Assembly: GCA_965153355.1 (NCBI GenBank)
Contig: OZ231126.1
Location: 14,570,001-14,634,000, forward strand
DNA: 64,000 nucleotides
From: Flaccisagitta enflata
Lineage: Eukaryota
Reading direction: 5' to 3'
Shown: positions 12,501 to 28,541 of the stretch, piece by piece
Layout of the letters: each line of letters opens with the position of its first letter
How positions within the stretch are numbered: position 1 is the first letter of the stretch
The notes under the pieces: model-generated
Databases searched by the model: none
Told to the model about the DNA's origin: nothing
The model's input: the letters and a program-made list of their open reading frames with translations, nothing else
Translations under genes and position numbers: made by a program

Positions 12501-15500
12501 GGCATCCGACCCCCAAGTCCCCCACCCACACTCCAACTTCCACCCTCCAAACACAAACGTACACAAAAAGTACCAAACGACCAATGGACCGACGGACAGA
12601 CGAACAAAGCCTCTTGTAGAGTTGCGTGTCCACAACTAAAAATGAAAAAATGAAACAATCATAACCTTATGAGAACTTGGCATCAATGCAAACAGATCGA
12701 AATTGCCACTGAATAATGCTGCTTAAAAATGTTTTCATAATTGTTCTGTTTTCATAATTATTCAAAAAAAAAAAAAAAAAAAAGCGAGTTGTGAAAGGCG
12801 CGCGTGCTTGAAAATGGCAAAATGCCCCCCCCCCCCAAAAAAAATCACAAAAAACAAAACAAAACAAACAAAAAACAAAACAAAACCCGGGGAGAAAACG
12901 CCGCATCGTGAAGCAGTCTTTAAGAATATTACAGCGATTTCGAGGCGAAGAAAAAAACCAAAACTACTATCAGAGGCAGGATCACTCAGTGTTGTTGTGA
13001 AATTGGCTGAGAACATAATAGTTCCAGTCGCATAACAAGGCTGGATACACGGCCGCGATCAGTCATGGAGGGTTGGTCCGGGTCAGTCATGTTCAGGTAA
13101 CACCCAAATGGTATTTTCAAGTTGCGAGTCCGCGACTCAAATTCGCTCTTCGGTTTTACCGCACGTGATGGAGAACGTACTTTTTAAGCTCATAAAGAAA
13201 GAAAGGAAGAAAATCATTTCTGGAGGTTTCTCGAGACACGCACAGACGCCCCCACACACGTGGATACACACACACGCACCCTGCTGTGGGATTAAAAGAG
13301 CGGCGTTAGTTTTATACACGTTTAAGCAAACAGCTGCCGTTGACTGATTTATATCACCGGAGGTAGAAAAACGTGTTTGCGAATTTCCAGTCGCAATCTC
13401 ATTGATTGCCAACGGAAAGAGAGGGAGAGAGAGAAAGAGAGAGACTCGAAAGAGAGAAGAAGAAGAAGAAGAAGAAGCAGTAGTCTCCAGCGAGAGCTCT
13501 CTCTCTCTCTCCGGTAAACTATACCAAAAACCCGGCGCGCTCTCGCCGCCTTTGTGTCTTTGAATCGATGGTAAACGCGCGACGGCGGGGAGAGAACGAC
13601 AGCGAAAACGACGACGACGACGATGTTGATAATGACGCCGATTGGGAACGATCACGACGTTGACTGAGTATGTCTTTGTGTGTTTGTGTGTTTTCTGTGT
13701 GTTTGTGTAAAAGCGGCAGCGAAAGGGGGACGAATGTAACTAGGAAAAGGAAAACGAGAAACAAGGAAGAGGATTAGATACGAATTGAGGGAAAAAGCGA
13801 AAGACACCAGCCATCCAAAGGCAATATGTGGTTACCTTTACCTTTACCCCGCTATGCATAATTGATTTTTAGCGTTTACATCATAAGAGATATTCAAGGC
13901 CCTCAGGGTCGAGGATATATATTTTCACACAGAGTTCTGTGAGGTCCAGTAATCTAGAGAACAGAGAACGATCACGAGTTCACGAGTTCACGACGTTCAC
14001 AGAGTGTGCCTGTTTATGTATTTTTGCATAAGCGACAGTGCATAGGCGACAAAAGTAACTGGGAAAACGAAAGAGAAGTAAACATAAACAGTGGACGAAT
14101 TGCGGGAAAGAGGAAAAGAGAGAAAAGAACGCTTTCGCGTTAAAACAAGCCCCACCGGGCAACGATGCGTCCGGACTTTGTCTCCATGTGTATTGACTAA
14201 ATATGTGACATTTATGGAGATAAAGATGGACAGACAGTTGAAGCGACAGAATAGTGAATGAGGCTCTCAAAACACGTTTGTTGATCGTTGGATTCAGTAC
14301 AAGATCTCACCGTAGCCTAAATCAGCCGAGAAACGCGGTTTTCACACTGGCGTTATGGACGGACGGATGGACGGACGGACGAACGGACGGACGGACGGAC
14401 AGACCCTCTTATAGAGATGCGTTCCTGACGGACGCATCTAAAAAGCGGTCGTCATCACCTTAGCCGTCCACGTCCATCAAACACACGGCGCCGCGTTGGG
14501 AATATTATTTCAAACGCACTCGACCGTCACCGAATATGTACGCTCTTACTTTCACTTTTACTCTTACTCCATTAAATGTCTTTGGCTTTTTGATTCATGT
14601 TTTTTTTTGGGGGGGGGGCCCCCCCCCGCGGCCTCGATCTGAACAGGATTTTGACCTTTGCTTTCCTTTTTCTTCGCCCGTCCATTTGTCCATCTTTTCG
14701 TGTGTCCATCTGTCCAGTTTTCAGTGTCCATTCATCCATCTGTCCAACTGTCCATCCACCTGTTCATCCGCCTGTGGCCAAAATCCCAGTTTCGAGGCAT
14801 TTTAGCCTTGAGATCCAAATTAGGTCTCAGCATGAAACATACAATACATACATACAATACAATGAAAGGCCAAAATCTTGGCCTAGAGGATCCACTGCAA
14901 AACATAAATGGTTTGCTTGAGAGTTTAAACCGAGGAACAAGAAGACCACTTCTGGGTGCTGGACGAACTGACCCTCTGACCGGATACGAAACAGTGTCAT
15001 GTTTGACAGTGTAAAAACGCGCACAACGTGTCCCAGAGTGTCTTTGCTGACGCGTTAAACTTAAAGGATTAAAAGTACGCTAGAGGATGCCGTGTTCCAA
15101 TAATGCTGTGACAACTGTAAGTATATCTGTTTCAATCAACGCTGTTGCAGTGTTGCACGCGCCGAGCCGTGGCGACTACAGCTTATATCGATTGAATGGA
15201 AAATCCCTGAAAGCGGGTACTAATCAATTTAAAAGGCACACATCCAGGGAAAAAAAAGTCAGAGGAAATCCGACGCTTTTAATAAAGCTTTTTGCGAGTT
15301 TCTCTGGTTTCCTGTTGCATTGCAAATGACAGTTCTGAATTCGGAAATGCAGATCCCAGGATCCATACTTAAGAAAGAAAGAAAAAAAGAGAGATGGAAA
15401 GAAAGACATTAGGAAAGAAAGATAAAAAGAGTGAAAGAAAAGAAGAAGGACAGGAAGAATTGAAGGCGAGTAAGTAAGAACAAGTACCCCGGGGGTACAA

Positions 15501-15842
15501 CGATGCGTCCACATGCGGCTTAGCTCGTAAATGACATTCTTACTAAAACTAAAACAGACAATCTCTCTCTCTCTCTCTCTCTCCAAACATTGCATCAGCC
15601 CTATGTCAGATCCTAAAATGATGAAATCGACTTTGCGATCATTTGCGATCGTTTTCAACTCGAGCGTGACCGACGGACCGACGGACCGACGGACGGACAA
15701 AGCCTCTTATAGAGATGCGTGGACGCATCCCAAAACGGCAATCATCTAGAATCCGGGATTGGGATTTTCAGAGGCGAAGATAGTAGCCTTTTGTTTCTGT
15801 AGGACTCGGGCGAGCTCGACGAAGGTTATTGACACTGTTTAT

Positions 15843-16230
15843 GTTTAGGGTTAGGGGTGGGGTTAGGGTTAGGAGTTGGGTTAGGGTTAGGGTTAGTAGT
15901 GAGGTTAGGGTAAGGATTAGGAAGGTTAGGGGTTAAGGTGGGTTAGGTGGGTTAGGAGTTAGGTTGGGTTAGGGTTAGGGTTATAGGGTTAGGTTAGGGT
16001 GGGTTAAGGTTAGAGGTGGAGTTAGGGTTGGGAGTGGGGTTAGGTGAGAGGTGGGGTTAAGGTAGGGGTTAGGGTTGAGGTTAGGGTTAGGGTAAGGAGT
16101 AGGTTTAGGGTTAAGGGTTAGGGTTAGGATAAGGGAGGTGGTGTTAGGGTTAGGATGGGGTTAGGGTTAGGGTTAGGTGGGGTTAGGGGTAGGGTTGGGG
16201 TTAGGGGTGGGGTCAGGTCAAGGTCAAGGT
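15843..16230 (+). repeat. Degenerate interstitial (TTAGGG)n-like array
   Basis: Many ttaggg/ggttagg units mixed with variants. Confidence 0.85.
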
Positions 16231-16401
16231 TTTTCATTATGGTCTAGTGATAAAGTTAGGGGTCCGGATAGATGATAGAAATGAATTTGAAAGTTTTAGA
16301 TCAAACAAAAAAAAAAGAGAGAAAAGAAAGCGGAAAGAGAAGGAAAAAAGATAGATAAATCAAAGAGAGAGAGAAAGAAAGAAAGAAAGAAAGAAATAAA
16401 C

Positions 16402-16444
<43 letters not shown>

Positions 16445-17116
16445 GGAAGTAAGAAAGAAACATAAAGAAAGAAAGAAAGCCATCGTTCTCACAGTAAAAT
16501 GAGCGCAAGCGGGTTTAATGTACGTAATTGTCACTCATTCTAGTAGAGCGCCACACGCGGGAATCGTCGCCGAAATCGTTGATGTGCGACGTTGCGTAGC
16601 TTCGCGCCCCAACCGCTGACACAAGCAACGCCGGCTCTGACCCAAGGCCGGCTGTGAATCAACGCCGGCTCTGAACCGACGCCGGCCACCGAATGACGCT
16701 GGCTCTGAACCGACGCCGGCCACCGAATGTCGCCGGCCGGTATCTGCAATTGACAGTCTGACATACATGGCGCCATTCAAATTGGCACTGGCACTGGCAC
16801 TGCCAAACCGTCGCCGGTGAGTCCCACGGTGGCGTCGGCGGCGAGCCGCGGCCGCGTTCTTTAATGGCATGAATTAAATTTCACTCATTGCGTTACGACA
16901 AAGGGAAAAAACAAGGCCGGATACACGGTCAATACCAGTTGCGGACGGGTGGGCAGGGGCGGAAATGCGCGTTTTCACACTTTCCAACTCGATCACCATG
17001 ACCGACGGACGGATCAACGGACCGAGGGACGGACGAAGTCTCTTATAGAGTTGCTTATCCGCAATTAAAAACAACAACAACAAAATCGCCTCTCTGTGGG
17101 TGTAACGATAAACTGA

Positions 17117-17459
17117 ACCAGTGGCTTTCGCCAAACATGTGAATTGCAGGTGCAGTGTAAAACTTTGTGTGATAAATGATAAAAAATGATGTAAGTAAAA
17201 GACCTTAAAAAATGACAGGTCAAGTGAAAAATATAAAAATAAAGAAGTTATGGAAAGAGAAAATGCAAAAACCTAGGTAGTGAGAAAATAAAAAAAGAAT
17301 GACAGCAAAAAATAAAAAATAAAAAGGAATTTAAAAAAGAAAAAATGGCAGAAGAAAATGAGTTATAAAAAAAAATGATACAAAAAATTCACATTTTTTT
17401 CCGAAGATAAAAAAAAAACATCGAGCAGGGTATAAGTGAATTGCTTCACGCAATTCACA
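17117..17459 (-). mobile_element. HINE-like element (gtgaattgc subTIR type); related copy at ~56159-56601
   Basis: Hairpin gtgaattgcttcacgcaattcac at one end; subTIR copy plus stem-loop tggcgaaagcca then ctggtt at the other (minus strand). Confidence 0.6.
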
Positions 17460-19533
17460 GTGACATGTTCGAGGCAAGCGATGTTATTCTTTTACCGGTG
17501 AAGGGGAAATAGCCACAACTGAATGAAAATAAAACCAAGGTCATGTTATGGCCAATATGTGCACCTCACTGATAAAGGACATATGTCATATGAATGAAAG
17601 AATGAATGAATGAATGAATGAATGAATGAATGAATGAACGAATGAATGAATGAACGCAGGCGAAGTCAAAGAAATGAAGAAAGACGCGAAATAGGCGATT
17701 CTGCGCCATTTAAACATTTGCGTAATAGACCAACAGACCAACCAACTGACGGACAGACATGACCTCTTTTATGTGTATGGAGACGCCGTAGAAAGAATAC
17801 GATGGGTGCTGTGCTGTGCAGTACATGCAAATCGCCCTACTTGTCGGACTTGTCACTCATCCCAACCTGTTGCGGTGCTACGTTGGCCTTGCCCCGTTAC
17901 CTCCCACTCCATAATCACCATCGTCAGTCACCCGACAGCGAAGCTATAACTCTTAAGCCTTCGGATCAAGGCTAGCACAGGTGATTGGTCCAGGTTTAAG
18001 TCGCGGATTCTACTTTTCGGTGGATTCGCCAGTCTGTTGGCCGGTCAAGCTCTTTTTTTTTTAGTGTTCCGTCCCTGCTCAACATCATATTTTCTGCCAG
18101 GGGTGTATATTATTGAGTCGCTTTTGATTCCCCCCCCCCTGCCTTTAATTTTCTTCCCCGCAACGCGTCGCGTCACATTTTTAGTCGCATGCTACGCAAC
18201 TCGACACCCGCTATGTCGGTCCGTCAATCGGTTGGTCGGTCGGTCGGTTGATCGGTCGGTTGATCGGTCGGTCGGTCGGTTGGACTTGGCGCATCTGCGC
18301 ATAAAAAAAATGTCTACATATTGTAAGTACAACATATTGCATTAAAAAATCAAGGAAGCAAGGCAGGACGAAGCAACAAAGGAGAGAAGGAAAAAATACA
18401 GATTATAATAAAGTTAAATTATTGGAAAAAAGTTGAATCACGTTATTCGACTTTTTGAAATCTAGGGCAAAAATAAAATTATCTGTTTTCAATTGGGGGC
18501 AATATGAGCAAGTTAAGCGGTTTTTGGGTTGGGATGATACTTTTTTTGATATGCACAGTTAAGAAAGAGCTAATTTTGGGATTTGAGCCTCAAGATTGGG
18601 ATTCGTTCCTCATAGCAGATTTAGGCCTCAGAGTTAGGATTTTTGCGTCATAGTTCAAATTTGTACCTCAAAGCTGAGATTTGTGCCTTAAAGCTGAGAT
18701 TTCGGCCTTATTGCTAAGATTAGGGTCTCAATGCTGGAATTTGTGCCTAAAATTTAGTTTTAGGTTTCATAGCTAAGCTTTGGGCGTCAATGCTGGGATT
18801 TGTACCCTAAAGCTGAATTTGAGTCCTGAGGCTGAGATTTGGGCCTCAAGGCTAGAAATTGGGCTTCAAAGCCAGAGCTTGGGCCTCAAGGCTGAGATTT
18901 GAGCCTCGAAGCTGGGATTTGGACCTCATAGCTAAGATATGGGCCCAGAGCCTAAAGCTTAAAGAAGGGGGTGGGGGATGGATGGACGTAGAAGGAGAGA
19001 GAGGAGGCGGAGGAGAAGGAGGAGGGTGAGGAGGAGAAATTTCTCCATATGCCCAAAAAAGCAAGAAGAATTCACTTAACAACCTCTCTGTGACTACTGA
19101 TGAGGAATTAGAGGGCGCCTGGGTGGACTTGAATAAAAAATTTAGCCTGTTTTGAGCATAACTGCCGAAAAGCGATTTTCTTATATAAAGAGCAGGGGAA
19201 TTCCGACTTGGCGCATCTGCTTACAAAAAAAGTCTACATATTGTAAGTACAACATATTGCATTAAAGAAGTAAGGAAGCAAGGGAGGACGAAGCAACAAA
19301 GGAGAGTAGGAAAAAAGAAAGACAGATTGTAATAAAGTTAAATCATTGGAAAAAAATTGAATTTCCTTATTTGACTCTTTGAAATGTAGGGCAAAAATAA
19401 AAGTTTTTGATTGGGGCAATTTTAGCAAGTTACGCGGTTTTGGGGCTGGGATGATACTTTTTTTGATATTGATTTTGATATTTACAGTTAAGAAAGAGCT
19501 AATTTTTTTTCTTTCAAATGACGCAAACCAGAG

Positions 19534-21923
19534 CACAATGGGATGTGGCTGGTGATAGCCAGCGGTATGACAATTTTCTTTTTTTTGAAAACGGGCCTAA
19601 ATCTGAAGGAAACAATTGCTAAAAACATTTTAGCATTTGTCTCAGTCGATTTCAGCACAAAATAATCCCATACGAGCGCTTAAAAAAGTGTCAAAATCAT
19701 GATAATTAGGAAAAAAGAAAAAAACGCCAAAAGCAGAGGCAAATTTTAGGGGTCAAATTTTTCTATCAAATGATCATTCCAAGTCAAAACTTGACCACAA
19801 TCTATTGAATTAGAGTCTATACCGAGGTTTAAAACCAAAAACTGACCCATTTCTTCATTTTGCATAGTCCTCACCCCACCTTGAATTTGGGGCCTTCTAT
19901 CTAATTTGCATGCATATACAAATCAATCTCAGAAAAAAAACGCTGGGGATCGCCGGGCCTAAAATTATTATAGAAAGATCACTAAGGGTGTTGTTGATAA
20001 GGAAGACAAAGTGAGAATAGGTCAAACTAGGGCCAACATACCTTAATTCTCCTGTTTTGATGATGAGTGAAATAGAGCTTTGATTCCTTTCTTTCTATCT
20101 CTATCTCTCACATAGTTAATCTATATGTAGCTATCTCTCTCTCATCTTAGCGAATTTAGAAAAGGAACAGGATTGATATTCTTCAGTTTCTTTTTATCCT
20201 TTAACTTTACACCAACTTTGATTCTCCATTCTCTTCTTATTCTTATCATTGCTTATCTTCTTCTTCTTCCTCTTCTTGTTCTTGTTCTTCTTCTTCTTCT
20301 TCTTCCTCTTCTTCATCTTCTTCTTCTTCTTCTTCTTTCTGGTTGCCTAATTACATTGAAACTTGAGAGTAATATCTGTGTTCCATTTGAAATTACTCCT
20401 ACTATTTTTCATTGTTCTCATTCTCCTCTTTCATGTTTTTCTTTTTTCTTCTTCTTCTTCTTCTTCTTCTTCTTCTTCTTCTTCTTCTTCTTCTTCTTCT
20501 TCTTTGTGTCATTTTGTTACAAATAATCTTTTCATCATTCTATGTCTAAATTCCTCCTTTTTGGGCAGCGGCCCCGAAGGGGTCGATGACTTATGCTTTC
20601 ACACATATGGGGAATTTTTTCCTTCTTCTTCTCCTCCTCCTTCTCCTCCTTCTTCTCCGTCCCCCCCCCCTTGAATTAGTCTCGAGGCCCAAATTCCAGT
20701 CTCAAGGCCCAAATCCTAGCCTCAAGGCCTAAATCCCAGCCTAAAGGCACAGATCCCAGCCTTGAGGCCCAAATCTCAGCCTTGAAATCCAAATCTCAGC
20801 CAAGAGGCTGGATGCCAGGGGGAGGAGGAGAAGGAGAAGGAGAAAATTGCCCATATGTGTGAAAGCATAGGTCATCGACCCCTTCGGGGCCGCTGCCCTG
20901 CTCCCCACTCAACTTTAAGCACAACCTACTCAGGCAGGGCACACGTACCGCTGACCATCTGACGCTTTTGCGACTATTCTCCTCCTCCACCTTCTTCTTC
21001 TTCTTCATCTTCTCCTTCTTCATCTCCTACTGTTGTTGTTCTTCTTCTTCTTCTTTTTTTTTCTTCTTCTTCTTCTTCTTCTTCTCGTAATCATGTTGAA
21101 ACTTGAAACTGATATTCTCAGCACTCGAATTTTGATTCATTCTACTGCCTTTCCTCGTTCTTGTCCTTCCTCTTCTTCTCCGTCTTCTTCTCCTTCTTCT
21201 CCTCTTCTTCTCCTCCTCCTTCTTCTTCTTCTTCTTCTTCTTCTTCTTCTTCTTCTTCTTCTTCTTCTTCTTCTTCTTCTTCTTCTTCTTCGCGTCATTG
21301 TGATAAAAGTGATTTTTTCAACATTCCTTGTGCTAATGCCTCCTTTTTCTCCTCCGCCTTCTTCTTCTTCTTCATCTCCCTCTTCTTCTTCCTCTTCTTT
21401 TTTTTCTTCTTCTTCTTCTTCTACTTCTTTTTCTTCTTATTCTTGTTGTTTCCTCCCTGTTCTTATTATTTCCCTACGTAATAAAACATTAAAACTGAAA
21501 CTAATCTTTCAAATCTTCAATCACTTGATTCCTCCTCCTCCTCCTCCTCCTCCTCCACCTTCTCCACCATCTTTGTCGCATTCTTCTTCCCCTGGCCCTA
21601 CTTTATCTACTGTACTTCATCTTCTTCATTGACATTTTTGTCTTGTCCTTTCTTTTCACCTTCTTCTTCGTTCGTCTTCTCTCTTTCAGCTTTTTTGTCA
21701 TTTTTTTGCCAGAATTTTAACTGCCGGTCTATGCCGGACTGCTTTAATATGAGGCCCAAAATTATGAAATAAACCACTGTGGTTCGCCTAAATGTTCTTT
21801 TTTTGTCAATTCTATGAGGGAGGAATCCATTTTGGTTGGAAAATTAGTTAATCAATGGCGTATATAGAGAGACACGCAGATGTAAGCTTCCTCGCTCGCT
21901 CTGAGCACGCAAATCCCACTGTG
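19534..21923. mobile_element. Transib-like non-autonomous element with nested repeats
   Basis: 5-bp TSD cagag; ends CACAATGggat ... atccCACTGTG. Confidence 0.75.
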
Positions 21924-22050
21924 CAGAGGTCTCTATGATAATTATTTTTCATGTTATGATTTTTTAAATTTTTTTTCATTTTTGCAAAGATCAATATTTT
22001 TCGTTGATCCTAATTTCTGGACCTATGTAACAAAGGAGAACAGTCAAGAT

Positions 22051-24025
<1,975 letters not shown>

Positions 24026-24101
24026 GTCAAGATATTATGCAAATTGACTCCAACTTTTATGACACAAGTTTGGGAATTTTATTCTGCTTTTGAGAGAGAT
24101 G

Positions 24102-24143
<42 letters not shown>

Positions 24144-26782
24144 TAGACAGATAGACAGACAGTCAGAGACACAGAGAGAGAGACAGAGAGGGAGGGAGAT
24201 GGAGAGAGATAGAGAAAGATAGAGAGATACAGAGACAGAGAAACAGAGAGACAGAGAATCAAAGAGAGACACACACACAAACACACACCCACACTCAAAG
24301 ACAAAGGAAGACTGAGTGGAAAAAGAGACACAGAGACAGAGATTGGATAACAAAAACAGACAGGCAGTTAACCAAACAGCATGAAATACACACATAAGAA
24401 AACATGTACATAAGAAAAAGAGATTCCCATTTACGACTTTTTTCCGGCCGGCGATAGCCGCCTTTATTGCTAAAGGAAGATGAAGAGAAGACATTCTTAT
24501 TAGTCGAGGACTAAGATTTAGGGCACAATCAGGTGGTAATCAAGTGGGAGCAGTGAACAACAAGGCCGGATGCGCGGCACCCTAGTCCCGAACGGTTCCG
24601 AGGGCAGAGGCATAAATGCAAAAAAACTCTTTTCTTGTGTGTGCAAAGTTTGGCGCATCAATGGACGGAATGACAAACAGAACGAAATGACAGACCGACT
24701 GATAGTCAAAGGGAATTTAAAACCGCATGCTTGTAAAAGAATCGGAAAGGGAGATGCCAAGGTTTAATGAGTTCCATTCATTCACGTTGTGGCTATGGAG
24801 AAACAAATGACGCGGGGTCACAATATCGTTGCGGACGGGTGGGCAGGGGTAGCCAACTCCCATCCACATCCAACGCCTCACCCAACCCCCCTTCCAACAC
24901 AGACACACAAGATGCCTCTAAAACACTCATTTTCCCACTTTTTGACTCGTGCTCACGGACCGACGGACGGATTGATAGCAAGATGGACCAACGGACGGAT
25001 GGACAAAGCCTCTTATAGAGTTGCGTGTCCGCAACTAAAAGTAGAGACGGTACAACTGTAGCATGTTGGACACTTTGCTTCCACACCCCGCTGGCTGATG
25101 GGTGTTCGATTTTCGTTGAAAAGAAAAAGCCTTACTAAAAAACAATCGCATGCTCCGTATCACAAAAATATATAATAATGCGATTTTACAATTACATGAT
25201 TACATGATTTGAAATACTTCAATAAAACCTCATTAGTTCTTTACATTAGAAACAACTAAAAACGGTATAATCTGAAAATATTTTGGTCAGATGGACCGAC
25301 TAACCAACTTCTAGAGACGCATGCTCGCGACTAAAAAATGACGGAAGAGGGTAGCCTGCAAGTCTGCACCGGGAGGCCAGAGGCGGGAACGGGTTGGCAT
25401 CGGATATTAAGCCGAAAAGTTGCCGATGACGCATTCTGCCACGAGTGAAATTCGATGAGGGCGACGGAGGTGGAGGAGGAAGAGGAAGAGGAAAATGAGG
25501 AAGAGGAGAAAGCAGATGATATACCTTTGACACCTAGCTCTCTGGTAGTGGTGGTGGTGGCAAATGTCAAATAAAGAACTCTCTCTTTGCTTTCGTCAAT
25601 GCTTAACAATTATGCGTTTGTCGGTTTGACTCTCTCGTTTTCCTTCATCATCATTCCATAAATTTCGCACGTGCCTCATTTTTCTCATTATTCTAAAAAA
25701 AGTCTCTGTTAATGTCTCTTACTTAGTCTTGTTACTACCTAGTTATCTATCTAGCTAGCTATCTAGTTATCTTATTTAAGTTTCTTTTTTGATCTCTGTT
25801 ACCTATTCTAGTCACTACCTAGCTATCTAACTAGTTATCTAGTTACTGTCTAGTTACGACATGGAGCCGGTAAAATGGCGTGTTTGCAGGACCAGTTTGT
25901 TTTGCACCGTGAAATTGGGTAAAAGAAGCATTTTTTTCGGCTGGAAACTTCATGGCGGTGCTCATTAGATGTATTCCACCAATAATAATTTAGCTTCAGC
26001 CCTTTTTATGGACTTAGATACTATATTCTGTTAAAGGAAACGTCCAAAATGAAGAAAATTCAAATACAGCCATGACAATTCTTTGAAAACGTATCATTTC
26101 ACAATGTCATTGTGACAACAATGGTCATCGATGTCCTCATTTTTTTGGTTGAATCCCTCACAGTACCTATCAAGATATGACAAGTACCTTTTTGACCCTT
26201 AGGTTTCAATTTAAGGCCGCTAAATAAAAATAAACACAAAAAATGTCAGTTGACAATAGAATGTTTGAAAATCTGACAAAATATTTTTCTCGGTTAAAAA
26301 ACCCTACTTCCTGTCACCGCAGCAACTTGAGATTTTAGGACAGTGTAAAGTATTGCCTGAGGTTACTCCATGTCAAATTTTATGAAAATCGGTCAACATT
26401 AAGTGGGGTTTTCACTTCAATTTGTGTTAATTTGGAGGAAATTTTTAATTTTTGAAAAAAACATCTCCAGAGCGGGAAGACGCCGTTCTCTATTTAGGTA
26501 CTACTTTTTTGCATTTTTGAAAACATACGTTTCTTAAAAATCAATTTAGGAAGGTCTGTATGTTTTCAGATCTCTTGATTTTCCATCCCCTATGCAAAAC
26601 GGCGTCTTCCCGTGAAGGTTGTTGAAGGTAAGAAATTTGATGTTTTTTTTCGCATCAACATGAAAACAAAGATAACCTTATAAGCTCATTTGAAATCAAG
26701 TTTTCTGGCTTTTGAAAGTTCAATAAAAAGTAAAGAATGAAGCTTTCATTCTATTAACTTGCTCAGACTCAACTGTGGCACT

Positions 26783-26813
<31 letters not shown>

Positions 26814-27418
26814 ATAATTTCAAAGATGATAGATTTACATGAATTGGGACACTTTAGTCTACGAAGATAAAGGGGGAGAAGAAACAAAAAATGAAGAAGA
26901 CGAAGAAGAAGACAAAGAAGAAGAAGAAGAAGAAGAAGAAGAAGAAGAAGAAGAAAAAGAAGAAGAAGAATAAGAAGAAGAAGAAGAAGAAGACAGACGT
27001 ATGGAGGGAAAAGAAAACAGGTATGGAAGGAAAAGAAAACAGAGGTATGGAAGACGAAGGAGAAGAAGGAGGAGGAAGAGGAAGAGGAGGAGGAGGAAGA
27101 GAAGGTAAAGAAGGAGGAGAGGAACAGGGAGAGAGAAAAGATATAGCTACGAAAAAGTTGAAAAGGTGCGGGTGGGCAGGGGCCATGTTTGATCACTTGG
27201 GGCCATGTTTGATCACTTGGGCAGGAGCAGTGAGGCCAAAGACCGCAAAAACCCAAAAAAAGTAAAGTGTGACGGACCGACGGACGGACCGACGGACCGA
27301 CAAAGCGGGTTGTAGAGTCGCGTAGCACGCGACTAAAAAGCGGCAGCGTTCGTCTACCAAACTGAATGGTTGTCAAGTTCGTTACATCGCGTCAAATGTC
27401 ATGAACGATTTCAACACG

Positions 27419-27589
27419 AACAAGGCCGGATACACGGCAATCTAGTCGCGGACGGTTGGGCAGGAGCAGTAATACAAAAACCGCTCGGAATTCAAAAATG
27501 TGACGGACGGACGGACCGACGGACCGACCTACCGACCGACCTACCGACCGACACGGCAAGGTGTAGAGTCGCGTGTCCGCGACTAAAAA
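27419..27589 (-). mobile_element. DINE-1/HINE-like element (representative of more than 20 similar copies)
   Basis: Minus strand: ttttagtcgcggacacgcgactcta 5' subTIR+IR, (ccgt)n microsatellite, 3' subTIR ccgcgact, stem-loop gccgtgtatccggc, then ttgtt. Confidence 0.75.
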
Positions 27590-27682
27590 GAGTTTCCGGT
27601 TTTGGCTACCGACACTTGTAAACGAGCGGGTTATCGAGTTAGAGAAGAAGCTTGGGAGGTGAAATATTATGTTGTTGTTATT

Positions 27683-27720
<38 letters not shown>

Positions 27721-27743
27721 CGTCGTCGTCGTCGTCGTCGTCG

Positions 27744-27844
<101 letters not shown>

Positions 27845-28509
27845 CGTCCTTGTGCGATTTCTTTTATTTATAGGGTAATAAAAGCATGCAAATTAGGTCA
27901 AATGTGTAGTAATAGTAGACTGATTTATTAGTGCTAAAAATGTAAAAAGTAATGATTTTCTAATTTTTTCCAGACATATAAACATTAATGAAGGAATCCA
28001 GTATTGAAGATCCGGTATTGAAGATATCATGAGCTTTTGGTAATCTTAAAAGAAAATCCAAAAAATTTATTGACTTTTCTTGAAATTCAGCATTTTTCGT
28101 AGTAATGTCCATTTAGGTCGCCTTTTTTCACTCTAAATTGCCATAAATCCTGTCATATGGACCGGTAATATATGCTCAAATGCTACCATGACCATTCTAC
28201 TTAGTTTGAGCCATATAGCAGAGATGAAAATTTTCACCCAAACACCCAAGGAGCCATCAAGCGCAATCCGTGGCCCTTAGTGCAACTGGAGTACAGGAGG
28301 GAGAGGAGGTGGTAGGAAGGAAGAGAAGGAGAAGAGTAGAGCGAAGGAAGATGTGAGAGGGCAAAGAGGAAAATGAGGATGAAATGACAAAATTACTGAA
28401 GAAGAAAAAGAAGGAGAAGGAGAAGGAGAAGGAGAAGGAGAAGAAGAAGGAGGAGGAGAAGAAGAAGGAGGAGAAGAAGGAGAAGAAGAAGAAGAAGAAG
28501 AAGAAGAAG

Positions 28510-28541
<32 letters not shown>

